Positions 9,024 to 19,045 are shown, counted from the first letter of the stretch. The stretch: DNA of 64,000 nt from Actinomycetota bacterium (GCA_027315345.1 DAHUYE010000098.1:1775-65774), one strand, 5' to 3'. Numbers and translations: made by a program. Notes: generated from the letters alone by a model not told the origin.

Positions 9024-10100
9024 TTGAGCACCGATATCACCCGCGACCTTTTGGCCGACACGGCCGACCTGGTCGCCATCGCATCCCCCAGCCACCACGA
9101 AGCGGCGCTGGCTGACCATATGGCCGAACGCCTGGGGAGCGTGGGCCACCTGCGGGTCGAACGGGTCGGGGACAACGTCATCGCCCGGACCGAGGCCGGC
9201 CGTTCCCGTCGGCTGATCCTGGCCGGGCACCTCGACACCGTCCCAGCCCAGGACAACCAGACGCCCGAGATCGACGGCGACGTCTGCCGGGGCCTCGGCT
9301 CCGCCGACATGAAGGGCGGCCTGGCCGTCCTGGCCCTCCTGGCCGAACAACTCCGGGAGCCGGCCCTCGACCTGACCTTCCTCTTCTACACCTGCGAGGA
9401 GGTCGACATGCGCCACAGTGGCCTCCTGCAACTGCGGGAGCAGCGGCCGGAACTCCTACAAGCCGACGTGGCCATCCTGGCCGAGCCCACCAACTGCCTG
9501 GTGGAGGCCGGCTGCCAGGGAAACCTCCGGGTCGAGCTGACCATGGGCGGGACGCGGGCCCACACCGCCCGGCCCTGGATGGGGATCAATGCCATCCACC
9601 GGTTGGGCGGCGTGCTCCAGCGGATCGACGCCTACGAAGGCCGCCGGCCGATCATCGACGGTTGCCAGTACCGCGAAGCCCTCCAGGCCGTGGCCATCGA
9701 AGGCGGGGTGGCCAACAACGTGGTGCCCGACCGGGCCAGCGTGACCATCAACCACCGCTACGCCCCCGACCGCGACGCCCAATCGGCCCGAGCGGCGGTA
9801 GAAGAACTGTTCAGCCCGTTGCTCGACCCCGCCGCCGGGGACCGGATCGAGCTGGTGGCGGCGTCGGAGGCGGCCGCCCCCGGCCTGACCGATCCGTTGC
9901 TGGAGCGCCTCGTGGCCATGACCGGCCCGCCGGTGGCCAAGTTGGGCTGGACCGACGTGTCCTTCTTCAGCTCTCTGGGTCTGGCCGCCACCAACTTCGG
10001 CCCCGGGGATCCCACCTTGGCCCACACCCGCCACGAGTGGGTCAGCCGCGCCGATCTGGAGAACGCCTACCTGACCCTGGCCCGGCTGCTCAGCTCCTGA
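9024..10100 (+). CDS. dapE: Succinyl-diaminopimelate desuccinylase
   Basis: GHLDTVP, DMKGG, CEE, HTARPW, GWTDV, GPGDP..AH. Confidence 0.9.
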   Translation: MSTDITRDLLADTADLVAIASPSHHEAALADHMAERLGSVGHLRVERVGDNVIARTEAGRSRRLILAGHLDTVPAQDNQTPEIDGDVCRGLGSADMKGGLAVLALLAEQLREPALDLTFLFYTCEEVDMRHSGLLQLREQRPELLQADVAILAEPTNCLVEAGCQGNLRVELTMGGTRAHTARPWMGINAIHRLGGVLQRIDAYEGRRPIIDGCQYREALQAVAIEGGVANNVVPDRASVTINHRYAPDRDAQSARAAVEELFSPLLDPAAGDRIELVAASEAAAPGLTDPLLERLVAMTGPPVAKLGWTDVSFFSSLGLAATNFGPGDPTLAHTRHEWVSRADLENAYLTLARLLSS

Positions 10101-10152
10101 CCGGCGGCGCCGAGGTGCGCAGGAAAGTCGGTGCGGGCATGAGAACATCAAG

Positions 10153-11619
10153 GTGATGAAGCACTGGAGGAAGCCGCCGTCGTATCGGGACTCCCAGAGT
10201 CCCCGTTCGGCCCGCCGCCGGGCGACGGCGGCGGTAGCCGGGCTGGCTGCCGTCCTGGTGGCCGGATTGCCTCTGGCCGCTTCCGCCGTGGGTAGCGCCC
10301 CCAACGATCCGTTCTTTCCCCAGCAGTGGAACATGACCCAGGTGGGGGCGCCGGCGGCGTGGACCCGTTCCACCGGGGCCGGGGTCATCATCGGCGTGGT
10401 TGACACCGGGGTGGACCTGACCCACCAGGATCTGGCCGGAAAGATCGTGGCCACCACCGACTGCGTCGGCTCGGGCGGGACGGAGTCGGCCTGCTCCGGC
10501 TCCGGCCAGGACGACAACGGTCACGGGACCCACGTGTCGGGGATAGCCGCCGCCGATACGAACAACGGTCTGGGCGTGGCCGGTATGGCTCCGGCGGCCA
10601 AGCTGGTGGTGGCCAAGGCCCTGGACAGCAGCGGATCGGGCAACTTCAACGACGTCAATGCCGGGATCGAGTGGGTGGTGGACCACGGCGCCCGGGTGGT
10701 CAACCTGAGCCTGGGCAGCGACCTGCCCGGGCTGGGGGGCCTGGTCGGAGGCAGCCTGACCAGCGGGGTCGACTACGCCTGGTCTCACGGCGCCATCCCG
10801 GTGATTGCCGCCGGCAACCAGAACTTCTTCGGCCTGGGCAGTTCCAACTACGGGAACGTCAACGCCGTCATAGTCGGCGCCACCGGACCGAAGAAGGAGG
10901 TGGCCCCGTACTCCAGCCCGCTGGGCAACGCCAAGTGGGCCCTGGTGGCCCCGGGTGGTGACGGGACCGATGCCGAGGGCAACCCGGTCTGCACCGGGAC
11001 CGCCCAGGCGGCCTGCATCGTCTCCACCTACTGGTCCGCTAGCAATGCCACCTCCGAGTACGCCTACGACCAGGGCACGTCCATGGCCACCCCGATGGTG
11101 TCGGGGGCACTGGCCCTGCTCCTGGCCATGGGCATGACCCCGACCCAGGCCGTCAACCGCATGCTCTCCACCGCCGATAAGTCCGTCAGCTGCGGTTCGG
11201 ACTGCGCCGGCCTGCTGGACGCGGCCGCGGCCGTGGGCGCCACTGCTGCCGGCGGGCCGCCCGCCACGACCGTCACCAGCGCTGCGCACCCTGGGCCCGC
11301 GCCGGCCGGCACCACCGCCACCACCGGTCCGTCCTCCTCACCGGACCTGGTGCCCGGCACCGGCTTGCCGACCCAGACCGCCCCGAGCGTGCCCAAGCCT
11401 CCGGTCACCTCGACCATCGCTCCCGGCCCGGCCGTGCCGTTGGAGCAGGCCGGGCGCTCCCCGGCCGTGGCCGCTCCCGGCCCGGTGGCCGCCGATCATC
11501 AGAGGAACTCCTCGGCCACCTACACCCTCGGGGGCCTGGCCGCCCTGCTGTTGCTGGGGCTGGTAGGCGCCCTGGACCACCAGCGGCGATCCGGGATCAG
11601 AGCCGGCGCAGGACGGTGA
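10153..11619 (+). CDS. Secreted, C-terminally membrane-anchored S8 subtilase
   Basis: Signal peptide; catalytic VVDTG, HGTHVSG, GTSMATP; P/T-rich linker; C-terminal TM followed by a basic tail. Confidence 0.88.
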   Translation: MMKHWRKPPSYRDSQSPRSARRRATAAVAGLAAVLVAGLPLAASAVGSAPNDPFFPQQWNMTQVGAPAAWTRSTGAGVIIGVVDTGVDLTHQDLAGKIVATTDCVGSGGTESACSGSGQDDNGHGTHVSGIAAADTNNGLGVAGMAPAAKLVVAKALDSSGSGNFNDVNAGIEWVVDHGARVVNLSLGSDLPGLGGLVGGSLTSGVDYAWSHGAIPVIAAGNQNFFGLGSSNYGNVNAVIVGATGPKKEVAPYSSPLGNAKWALVAPGGDGTDAEGNPVCTGTAQAACIVSTYWSASNATSEYAYDQGTSMATPMVSGALALLLAMGMTPTQAVNRMLSTADKSVSCGSDCAGLLDAAAAVGATAAGGPPATTVTSAAHPGPAPAGTTATTGPSSSPDLVPGTGLPTQTAPSVPKPPVTSTIAPGPAVPLEQAGRSPAVAAPGPVAADHQRNSSATYTLGGLAALLLLGLVGALDHQRRSGIRAGAGR

Positions 11620-12238
11620 CGACCTTTCCGTAGAGGGTCACGTCACCGGCGGGAAACTCCATGGGGGAGAGTCGGGGATTGGCCGGGGTCAGCACCACCG
11701 TGTTGCCGCGCTTGGAGTAGCGCTTGACGGTGGCCTCCTCCCCGGGGATGCCGGCCACGACGGTGTCGTTCTTGTTGGCCTCGGCCTGCTGCCTGACCAC
11801 CACGAAGTCCCCGTCGAAGATGCCGTCATCGATCATCGAGTCACCTCTCACCCTGAGCATGAAGAGTGTCCCGGTGCCGGTGAAGTCCTCCGGCAGCGGC
11901 ATCAGCTCCTCGACGTTCTCCTGGGCCAGGACATCGGTGCCCGCCGCCACGTCACCCACCAGGGGCACATGGCGCACCGGCCGGCTCTCGACGGCGGCGC
12001 CGCTGGAGGGGTCGTAGCGGACCTCGATGGCCCGGGGCTTGCTGGGGTCCCGGCGCAGATAGCCCTGGCGCTGCAGGGTCGCCAGGTGGGCATGCACGGT
12101 GGACGAGGAGGTGAGACCGACCGCCTCACCGATCTCCCGCACCGACGGCGGGTAGCCCCGCTCCCGCAACTCGGCGGCGATGAAGTCCAGGATCTGACGG
12201 CGCTTACCGGTGAGGATGGGGCTTTCGACAGGAGTCAC
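11597..12238 (-). CDS. lexA: SOS repressor LexA
   Basis: RGYPPSVREIG, VAAG cleavage site, GDSM, ATVKR. Start reassigned to GTG 12238, with TATTCT -10 seven nt upstream. Confidence 0.95.
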   Translation of the reverse strand: MTPVESPILTGKRRQILDFIAAELRERGYPPSVREIGEAVGLTSSSTVHAHLATLQRQGYLRRDPSKPRAIEVRYDPSSGAAVESRPVRHVPLVGDVAAGTDVLAQENVEELMPLPEDFTGTGTLFMLRVRGDSMIDDGIFDGDFVVVRQQAEANKNDTVVAGIPGEEATVKRYSKRGNTVVLTPANPRLSPMEFPAGDVTLYGKVVTVLRRL

Positions 12239-12271
12239 GCCGCCCAGAATACGCCCGCCGGGTCGATTTGG

Positions 12272-12343
12272 CAAACATCTGTTCGACTCCGCCTTGACGG
12301 GAACAGGCGTTCGTGGTTGGCTGTCCTTCGAACAGAGGTTCGA
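12272..12343. promoter_or_regulatory. Three LexA boxes in the lexA/lysM divergent promoter
   Basis: CAAACATCTGTTCG 12272-12285, GGAACAGGCGTTCG 12300-12313, perfect TCGAACAGAGGTTCGA 12328-12343. -35-like TTGACG at 12294-12299. Confidence 0.9.
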
Positions 12344-12357
12344 TAGGAGGACGGTCG

Positions 12358-12810
12358 ATGGTCGCAGTGGTCTGGCCCAGCGGAACCGAGTCCCCCGGCC
12401 CCTTCCAGGGCGGGGCGGCCCGGCTGCGGGTCCTGCCCGGGCCCGGCTCCCGGCCCGCCCCGGTTCGGCCACTGGCCCCGGCCCGGCGGCGCCGGCCCTC
12501 GCCTGCCGTCTACCGCCGCCGGCGTCTGGCCGCCGCCCTGCTGTTCGGCCTGGTTCTGGGTCTGGCCCATTTCAGCCTGGCCCACCTGGGCGCGGTGTTC
12601 CCCGGAAGCGGTCCCCTCGCCGCCTCCGGGGGACCCGGCTCAGCCCTGCCGGTGGCCGATCAGTTGTACGTGGTCAAGCCGGGGGACACGGTCTGGTCCA
12701 TCGCCTACCGGTTCCAGCCCACCGGGGATGAGCGGCCCCTGGTAGCCGGCATCCTCCATGAACTCCACGGCGCCCAGCTCCAGCCCGGTCAAGCCATCCG
12801 CATCCCCTGA
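12358..12810 (+). CDS. TM + LysM protein, SOS-induced division inhibitor (YneA/ChiZ/DivS-like)
   Basis: AGGAGG RBS at 12345, YRRRR followed by a TM helix, LysM YVVKPGDTVWSIA...LQPGQAIRIP. Divergent from lexA. Confidence 0.85.
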   Translation: MVAVVWPSGTESPGPFQGGAARLRVLPGPGSRPAPVRPLAPARRRRPSPAVYRRRRLAAALLFGLVLGLAHFSLAHLGAVFPGSGPLAASGGPGSALPVADQLYVVKPGDTVWSIAYRFQPTGDERPLVAGILHELHGAQLQPGQAIRIP

Positions 12811-12914
12811 CGGCCGCCGTGCCGCCGGCCGGTCCGGGCCTGCCCCCCAGCCTCAGTCTTTAGGCGGTTGAGGGTGGCCGGTCGCAGCGCCCGCCAGCCC
12901 TTAGCCTGGTCGGG

Positions 12915-13394
12915 GTGCGCTGCCCCTCGTGTTCGGAGGTTGAGGACAAGGTCATCGACTCCCGCACGGCCGAGGAAGGCGCTGCCATCCGCCGGCGCCG
13001 GGAGTGCCTGGCCTGCGGGCGGCGCTTCACCACCTTCGAGCGCATCGAAGGCGTGGAGGAGGGCACTGTCATGGTGCTCAAGCGATCCGGAACCAGAGAG
13101 GTTTTCGATCCGGCCAAGGTGGTGGCCGGAGTCCGGGCCGCCACCAAGAACCGTCCCGTGTCCGAGGCAGCCATGGTGGAGCTGGCCGGACAGGTCGAGG
13201 AGGCCATGCGGGCCATCGGGTCCGAGGTGACCACCCAGCAGATCGGCCTGGCCGTGCTGGACCGTCTGGCCTCGGTGGACGAGGTGGCCTACCTCCGCTT
13301 CGCCAGCGTCTACAAGGGCTTCGAGGAGGCGGGCGACTTCCAGCGGGAGCTGGGCCTGCTCACCAAGTCCACCGAACCCAAGCGCCGGGACTGA
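12915..13394 (+). CDS. nrdR: Ribonucleotide reductase repressor NrdR
   Basis: MRCPSC...DSR...IRRRRECLACGRRFTTFE, ATP cone, VAYLRFASVY. Confidence 0.95.
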   Translation: MRCPSCSEVEDKVIDSRTAEEGAAIRRRRECLACGRRFTTFERIEGVEEGTVMVLKRSGTREVFDPAKVVAGVRAATKNRPVSEAAMVELAGQVEEAMRAIGSEVTTQQIGLAVLDRLASVDEVAYLRFASVYKGFEEAGDFQRELGLLTKSTEPKRRD

Positions 13395-13401
13395 CCTCCC
13401 T

Positions 13402-14622
13402 TCAGTCCACTATGGCCGGATAGACGATGGCCTTGAGTTGGCCCCGGAAGTTGAACGCGCCCGAGGGCATCAGCTGGGTCATGAACACCACGGCCAGGTC
13501 CTCGGCCGGGTCGACCCAGAAGATGGTGGAGGCAGCTCCTCCCCACATGTACTCACCGGCCGAACCGATGGTGGCGGTGCGGGCCGGGCCCAGTCCGACG
13601 GCCACGGTGAGGCCGAAGCCGTTGCCATCGAAGCCAACTTCGCCGTAGCCGCCGCGGACGGCGAAGTCCTTGAGCTCGCCTCCGCCCGGCAGGTGGTTGG
13701 TGCTCATCAACTCGATGGTCTTGCGGCCCAGGATCCGATGGCCGTCGAGCTCGCCCCCGTTGAGCAGCATCTGCACGAAGCGCAAGTAGTCCGGGGTGGT
13801 CGAGACCAGCCCACCGCCACCGGAGAGGAAGGACCGCTCTCTCAGATAGGAGCTCTGCCCGGCGTCCTCCATCAACGTCACCCGCTTGTCATCCCCCCGC
13901 CGGTACAGGCCGGACAGCCGATCGGCCGAGCCCTCCGGGACGCTGAAGCCGGTGTCGACCATGCCTAGGGGAGCGAAGATGGTCTGGCGTAGGTAGTCGT
14001 CGAAGCGCCGGCCGGAGAGGACCTCGACCAGCCGGGCGCAGATGTCGGTCTGCAGCCCGTACACCCACCGGGTGCCGGGTTGATGGGTCAGGGGCGCCTC
14101 GCCCACCCGATCGGCCAGGGTCTCCAGGGTCGTGCCGCTTTCGTTGCGGATGCTGGGCCCGGCTATCCCCCCGGATTCGGCCGGTCCGGCCCGGAGGGCG
14201 AAACCCAGCCCGCCCATGTGCATCATCACGTCCTTGACCGAGACGGGCCGGACCGGGTCGACCAGGCGGGTGGTTCCGTCGGCGGCCCGCTCCTCGACCT
14301 TCATGTTCTTCCAGGACGGGATGAAGCGGTCGACCGGATCGTTCAGCTGGAACAGGCCCTTTTCGTACAACGAGAGCAGGGCCACACCGGTGATCGGCTT
14401 GGTCATGGAGTAGATACGCCAGATGGTGTCCTCTTCCACCGGCTTGGCCCGCTCGACGTCCATCTGGCCGAAGGAGCGGAAATATCCGACCGCGCCGTGA
14501 CGGACCACGGCCACCTGGGCCCCGGCAATCTTGCCCGGCGTTATGTAGCGGGCCTCGAGATGCTCATCGATGCGCTGCAGGCGCCCCGCATCCAGGCCGG
14601 CGGCATCCGGATCGATCTTCAC
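13402..14622 (-). CDS. Beta-lactamase-fold serine hydrolase (family VIII esterase-like)
   Basis: IYSMTK (SxxK), WVYG, GGGGLVST, WGGAAST. Start reassigned to GTG 14622. Confidence 0.85.
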   Translation of the reverse strand: MKIDPDAAGLDAGRLQRIDEHLEARYITPGKIAGAQVAVVRHGAVGYFRSFGQMDVERAKPVEEDTIWRIYSMTKPITGVALLSLYEKGLFQLNDPVDRFIPSWKNMKVEERAADGTTRLVDPVRPVSVKDVMMHMGGLGFALRAGPAESGGIAGPSIRNESGTTLETLADRVGEAPLTHQPGTRWVYGLQTDICARLVEVLSGRRFDDYLRQTIFAPLGMVDTGFSVPEGSADRLSGLYRRGDDKRVTLMEDAGQSSYLRERSFLSGGGGLVSTTPDYLRFVQMLLNGGELDGHRILGRKTIELMSTNHLPGGGELKDFAVRGGYGEVGFDGNGFGLTVAVGLGPARTATIGSAGEYMWGGAASTIFWVDPAEDLAVVFMTQLMPSGAFNFRGQLKAIVYPAIVD

Positions 14623-14723
14623 TTGATTCCCCCGTTCCCTGGGACGACCCAGGAGTTTCGTACCTCCAGAACCTAGTGCGGGCGCCTCCACCGGGCCACG
14701 GGCGCCGGCTTAGCGTGGATGCC

Positions 14724-15542
14724 GTGAGCGACGCCGTGGATCCGGTCCAGGCCAACCGTCGGATGTGGGACGAGCGGGCGCCGCTCCACGCCGCCTCGCG
14801 CTTTTATGACCTGGAGGGCTTCCGGGCCGGCCGGTCCAGTCTCCAGCCCTTCGAACTGGAGGAGCTCGGTTCCGTGCAGGGGCTGGACCTCGTGCACCTT
14901 CAGTGCCACATCGGCCTCGACACCCTGTCCTGGGCCCGATTGGGAGCGCGGGTGACCGGCCTGGACTTTTCCCCCGCGGCCATCGGAATCGCCCGGGGTC
15001 TGGCCGCCGACACAGGACTCCCGGCCCGTTTCGAGGTGGCGGAGGTGACCCGGGCTCCCGAGGTCCTGGGCCGGGCCGGCTTCGACATCGTCTACACCGG
15101 TCACGGCGCTTTGATCTGGCTGCCCGACCTCGACCAATGGGCCGACGCCGCCGTCGCCCTCCTCCGTCCCGGGGGCCGCCTCTATCTGGCCGAGTTCCAC
15201 CCGCTGTCCCAGATGCTCGGTGATGACGCCGCCACCGTGGTGGCCTCCGGGTTTCCGGATGAGCCCATGGTCTTCGACCTGCCCGGCAGCTACGCCGAGC
15301 CCGAGGCTCCGACCGAGGAGAACCTCAGCTACGAATGGACCCACAACCTGGGTGAGGTGGTCAGCGTCCTGGCCGCCCGGGGAATGCGCATCGAATTCCT
15401 GCGGGAGCGGGACGTCATCGCCTGGCCCCGGTGGCACTTCCTGGAGAAGTACGGCACCACCTGGCCCGACGGCTGGTGGCGCACACCGCCGGGCCGGCCC
15501 CGGATTCCCTTGTCCTACACACTGATGGCCCGGTTGGACTGA
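14724..15542 (+). CDS. Class I SAM-dependent methyltransferase
   Basis: HLQCHIGLDTLS, GLDFS, FDIVYT, LRPGG..EFHP. GTG 14724 lies 7 nt after TAGCGT. Confidence 0.85.
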   Translation: MSDAVDPVQANRRMWDERAPLHAASRFYDLEGFRAGRSSLQPFELEELGSVQGLDLVHLQCHIGLDTLSWARLGARVTGLDFSPAAIGIARGLAADTGLPARFEVAEVTRAPEVLGRAGFDIVYTGHGALIWLPDLDQWADAAVALLRPGGRLYLAEFHPLSQMLGDDAATVVASGFPDEPMVFDLPGSYAEPEAPTEENLSYEWTHNLGEVVSVLAARGMRIEFLRERDVIAWPRWHFLEKYGTTWPDGWWRTPPGRPRIPLSYTLMARLD

Positions 15543-15599
15543 TGTCCCCCGGGGCCCGCCGCCCCGAGGTAATCCCGGCGGGCCGGGCGGCCCCAGCGC

Positions 15600-17234
15600 T
15601 CAGGAGGAGACCAGCCGGAAGCGGATCACCGAGCCGGGCCGGCACTGGGCCAGGCGGTCGAGGCCGGCGGCGTCCACCGTGGCCACGGCCGGGTACCCAC
15701 CGGTGGTGCCGTGATTGGCGAGAAGGACGATCGGCAGACCGGCCGGGGGAACCTGCACGGCCCCGGCCACCATGCCCTCGGAGTCGGGCTCATCCGGGCG
15801 GATCCAGGCGATCTCCGGCCCGGTGAGGCGCAAGCCGGTCCGGTCGCTGTCGGTCGAGACCGTCCAGGCGGCGCCGGCCAGGCGGGCCAGCCCCCCGGGG
15901 CCGATCCAGCCCAGCCGCGGTCCTGGCGCCAGTCCGACCTCGACCTCGTCCTCCAAGCCAGCCGTGGCGTCGAGCCGGCGTCGGTCCGTGGCAGAACCGG
16001 GTTGGACTTTGGGCCGGGCCGGGGACCATCCGGTCGGCAGCCCGGCGCCGCCGAGTTGCAAGCCGCCGCCCGCCGCCATGGGCGCCGGCCCCAGCCCGGA
16101 GAGGGTGTCGGTGCTGCGGCTGCCCAGGACCATGCCGGCGTCCACCCCTCCGGCCAGGGCCAGATAGGCCCGCCAACCCCGCTCGAAGCCGGCCAGCCTG
16201 ACCTCGGCGCCGGCCGGCACCGCCAGCGCCGTTCCGTGTGGCACGGGCCGGCCGTCCAGGGTGATCGGGCCCACCGCCCCGGTCACCGCCAGGGTGGCGG
16301 GGACCCGGAAGCGCAGGTGCGGACCGGCGGCGGTGGCCTCCAGGCCGGCGGCTCCGTCCGGGTTGCCCACCAGCCGGTTGGCGCGAACCAGTGCTCCCCG
16401 GTCCAGCGCTCCGGACCGGGGGACCCCGAGGTGGGCCCAGCCGATCCGGCCCAGATCCTGAACGGTGGTCAACGGGCCCGGGTCCACCACCTCCACATCC
16501 GGGATGTCCTGTGCGCCGCCCCGGAGTGGCGGTTCCGGGACCGGCTCCGGTCCGGTCCCGGCCTCCCCCACCCCGGCTCCGATCCCGGCCGGCGCCACCC
16601 CGGGTCCAGCGCCTTCCCCCACCGCCTCGAAGCGCACCCGGTCCCCGGGCTCGAGCAGAGACGGGGGCCGCCGGTCCGGATCGAAGAGGACGGCGTCGGT
16701 GCGGCCGATGATCTGCCAACCCCCGGGCGTGGCCTGGGGGTAAACGGCGCACATCCCCCCGGCCAGGGCCACGGCCCCGGCCGGCACCCGGGCCCGGGGT
16801 ACGGAGCGGCGCGGGACGCCGAGGCTGGGGTCGCCCCCTTCCAGGTAGGCGAAGCCGGGGGAGAAGCCCAGGAAGCGGACCGACCAGTCCGAAGCGGTGT
16901 GCCTTCTCACCACCTCGTCGACGCCCAGGCCGATCAGGGCGGCCACCTCGGCCAGGTCCTGCCCGTCGTAGACGACCGGCACCACCACCCGCCGGCCTCT
17001 GGACGGATCAACGGCTCCGTCCAGAGCGTCGCCCAGAGCCTGGATGCGAGCCGGCAGACCCCGTTCCTCCGGGACCGGTTCGGGCCCGAGCCGGACCAGG
17101 ACGGACCGGGCCGCCGGCACCAGCTCTTCCACTCCGGGCAGGTCGGCCTGGCGCAGCGCCGTCCACAGAGGGCGCACGTGGCCCGGCGCCACCTCGATGA
17201 GAAAGGCGCGGTCACCGAAGGGGGCGAAGTTCAC
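15600..17234 (-). CDS. 5-oxoprolinase PxpB-PxpC fusion
   Basis: PFGDRA, VVYDGQDL, GFSPGFAYL, YPQATPGGWQIIG (PxpB) followed by TTVQDLGR, SRSTD, SDRTGLRL, TTGGYP (PxpC). GTGA overlap with pxpA. Confidence 0.88.
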   Translation of the reverse strand: MNFAPFGDRAFLIEVAPGHVRPLWTALRQADLPGVEELVPAARSVLVRLGPEPVPEERGLPARIQALGDALDGAVDPSRGRRVVVPVVYDGQDLAEVAALIGLGVDEVVRRHTASDWSVRFLGFSPGFAYLEGGDPSLGVPRRSVPRARVPAGAVALAGGMCAVYPQATPGGWQIIGRTDAVLFDPDRRPPSLLEPGDRVRFEAVGEGAGPGVAPAGIGAGVGEAGTGPEPVPEPPLRGGAQDIPDVEVVDPGPLTTVQDLGRIGWAHLGVPRSGALDRGALVRANRLVGNPDGAAGLEATAAGPHLRFRVPATLAVTGAVGPITLDGRPVPHGTALAVPAGAEVRLAGFERGWRAYLALAGGVDAGMVLGSRSTDTLSGLGPAPMAAGGGLQLGGAGLPTGWSPARPKVQPGSATDRRRLDATAGLEDEVEVGLAPGPRLGWIGPGGLARLAGAAWTVSTDSDRTGLRLTGPEIAWIRPDEPDSEGMVAGAVQVPPAGLPIVLLANHGTTGGYPAVATVDAAGLDRLAQCRPGSVIRFRLVSS

Positions 17235-18028
17235 CCGAAGGCCCGGATGTCCACCCCGGCGCCGGTCAGTGCCTCCCTGACGGCCCGGGCCGTTTCCAGC
17301 GCCCGGGCCGAGTCCCCGTGGATGCAGATGGAATCGGCCCGGACGGCCACGACGCTGCCGTCGACGGCCAGGGCCGTTCCGGTGGTGGCGATCCGGACGG
17401 CCTGGGCGGCGGCCACCTCGGGATCTTCGATGACGGACCCGGCTTCCAGCCTCGGCACCAGCGCCCCGCCGGCCGTGTAGACCCGATCGGCAAAGGCCTC
17501 TCCGAAGCACGGCGCGCCGACCTGCGCCGCCCAGCCCTGAAGGTCGGAGTTGGCCAGCACCAGCAGGGGCAGGCCGACTCGGGCGGCGGCGTCGAGAACA
17601 GCCGTGGCCACCGGCCGGTCCCAGGCGGCCCGGTTGTAGAGGGCGCCGTGGGGTTTGATGAAAGTGACGGCGGCGCTGGCGGAGGCGGCCACCGCCTGCA
17701 GGGCGCCGACCTGATAGGCGACGTCGGCGGCCAGGCTGACGGGATCACGTTCGATGTCCCTCCGACCGAATCCCTCCCGGTCGGCGTAGGAGGGGTGGGC
17801 ACCCACCCGCACCCCCAGCCGGGCGGCCTCGGCGCAGGTATCGCGCATCAGGCGGGGGCCGCCGGCGTGGAACCCGCAGGCCACGCTGGCGCTGGATACC
17901 AGCCTCAGGATCTCGGCGTCGGAGGGTCCTTCCTCACCCAGGTCGGCGTTGAGGTCGATGGCCGCCCGCCCCGAGCCCCCGAGATCCCCCGCCCGGCCGG
18001 GCTCTTCCACGCCGCCGGGCTGTCCCAT
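17231..18028 (-). CDS. pxpA: 5-oxoprolinase subunit A (LamB/YcsF)
   Basis: IDLNADLGE, ACGFHAG, GAHPSYAD, KPHGALYN, EAFADR, CIHGD. Confidence 0.92.
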   Translation of the reverse strand: MGQPGGVEEPGRAGDLGGSGRAAIDLNADLGEEGPSDAEILRLVSSASVACGFHAGGPRLMRDTCAEAARLGVRVGAHPSYADREGFGRRDIERDPVSLAADVAYQVGALQAVAASASAAVTFIKPHGALYNRAAWDRPVATAVLDAAARVGLPLLVLANSDLQGWAAQVGAPCFGEAFADRVYTAGGALVPRLEAGSVIEDPEVAAAQAVRIATTGTALAVDGSVVAVRADSICIHGDSARALETARAVREALTGAGVDIRAFG

Positions 18029-18040
18029 GCCGCCAGGCTG

Positions 18041-19045
18041 TCACGGCTGGGACGTGGGGGCCACCACCGCAGCGGTCACGTCGACCAGTCCGCTGCTGCC
18101 GAGGGCGACGGCGGCGGCGTGGCTCAGATCCAGGATCCGCCCCGGCACGTACGGACCCCGGTCGTTGACCAGCAGCAGCACGGAACTGGAGCCTCGGCTG
18201 ACCAGGAGGAAGGTTCCGAGGGGAAGGTCGGGGCTGGCCACCGTCCAGCCGTCCTCGTTGTAGACGGCGCCGGTGGCGGTGGCCCGGCCGTCGAAGCCGG
18301 GGCCGTACCAGGAGGCGACACCGGCCAGCACCGTCCCGGTGGGCTGCAGGCCGGCCCCCAGGCCGGCGGGGCCGACGGGGCCGAAGGCGTAGTGGGCCAT
18401 CAGGGACGCCTGGCTCCGGGTGGCGGCCAGGCTGATCGGGCCCAGGGCCGCCCCCGCCGTCCGGCGGGCCTGATCGGACCGGGCCAGGGCGGCGGCGTCG
18501 GCCGACTCCTGGCGGGCCAGCTCGGCCTGGTCGGCCCCCACGATGCTTTCGAGGTCCCGGCGCTCCCCGGCCAGTTGGTCGGCCAGTTCCGTCAGCGTCC
18601 CCAGGTACCGGCGGGCCGCCACCTGATCGGCCCGGACCGCACTCAGGTCGACGTGGTAGGCGGACAGGATCCGGTCGGTCACCGCCTGGGCGGCGTCCAG
18701 GTAGGGCCCGGGGACGGTCTGGTCGCTGTCGGGGGCGTCATCCACGTAGGCCTCGGCCATCAGGGCTCCGGCCCGGGCCTGGGCCTCGGCCTCGGCCGAC
18801 TCCAGGCGGGTCTCGGCCAGGTCGGCGCCCAGGGCGGCCGCCTGGGCGGCCTGGGTCCGGTTCGCCAGGGCGGCTATCTGCAGGTCCACCGCTCCGGCCC
18901 GGGCCTGAGCCTGGGCCAGCGACGTGGTCGCGGCCCCAGGGGCGGGAACGGATGCGCCGGCCGGGGCTGGCATCACCACTGCCCCGGTGGCCGCCACCGT
19001 CAGTCCGGCCAGGGTGAGCGCCAAGCGAAGGGGCACGGCGCGCAT
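18041..19045 (-). CDS. Secreted coiled-coil + RlpA-like DPBB lytic transglycosylase
   Basis: Signal peptide, Ala-rich helical region, GVASWYGPGFDGRATATG, VNDRGPY, ILDLSHAAA. Confidence 0.82.
   Translation of the reverse strand: MRAVPLRLALTLAGLTVAATGAVVMPAPAGASVPAPGAATTSLAQAQARAGAVDLQIAALANRTQAAQAAALGADLAETRLESAEAEAQARAGALMAEAYVDDAPDSDQTVPGPYLDAAQAVTDRILSAYHVDLSAVRADQVAARRYLGTLTELADQLAGERRDLESIVGADQAELARQESADAAALARSDQARRTAGAALGPISLAATRSQASLMAHYAFGPVGPAGLGAGLQPTGTVLAGVASWYGPGFDGRATATGAVYNEDGWTVASPDLPLGTFLLVSRGSSSVLLLVNDRGPYVPGRILDLSHAAAVALGSSGLVDVTAAVVAPTSQP

Noticed and set aside
11597-13394. lexA-lysM-nrdR arrangement
   Set aside because: Canonical actinobacterial synteny; recorded as features only.
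13402-14622. Beta-lactamase as an antibiotic resistance gene
   Set aside because: No signal peptide, and the motifs fit cytoplasmic family VIII esterases.
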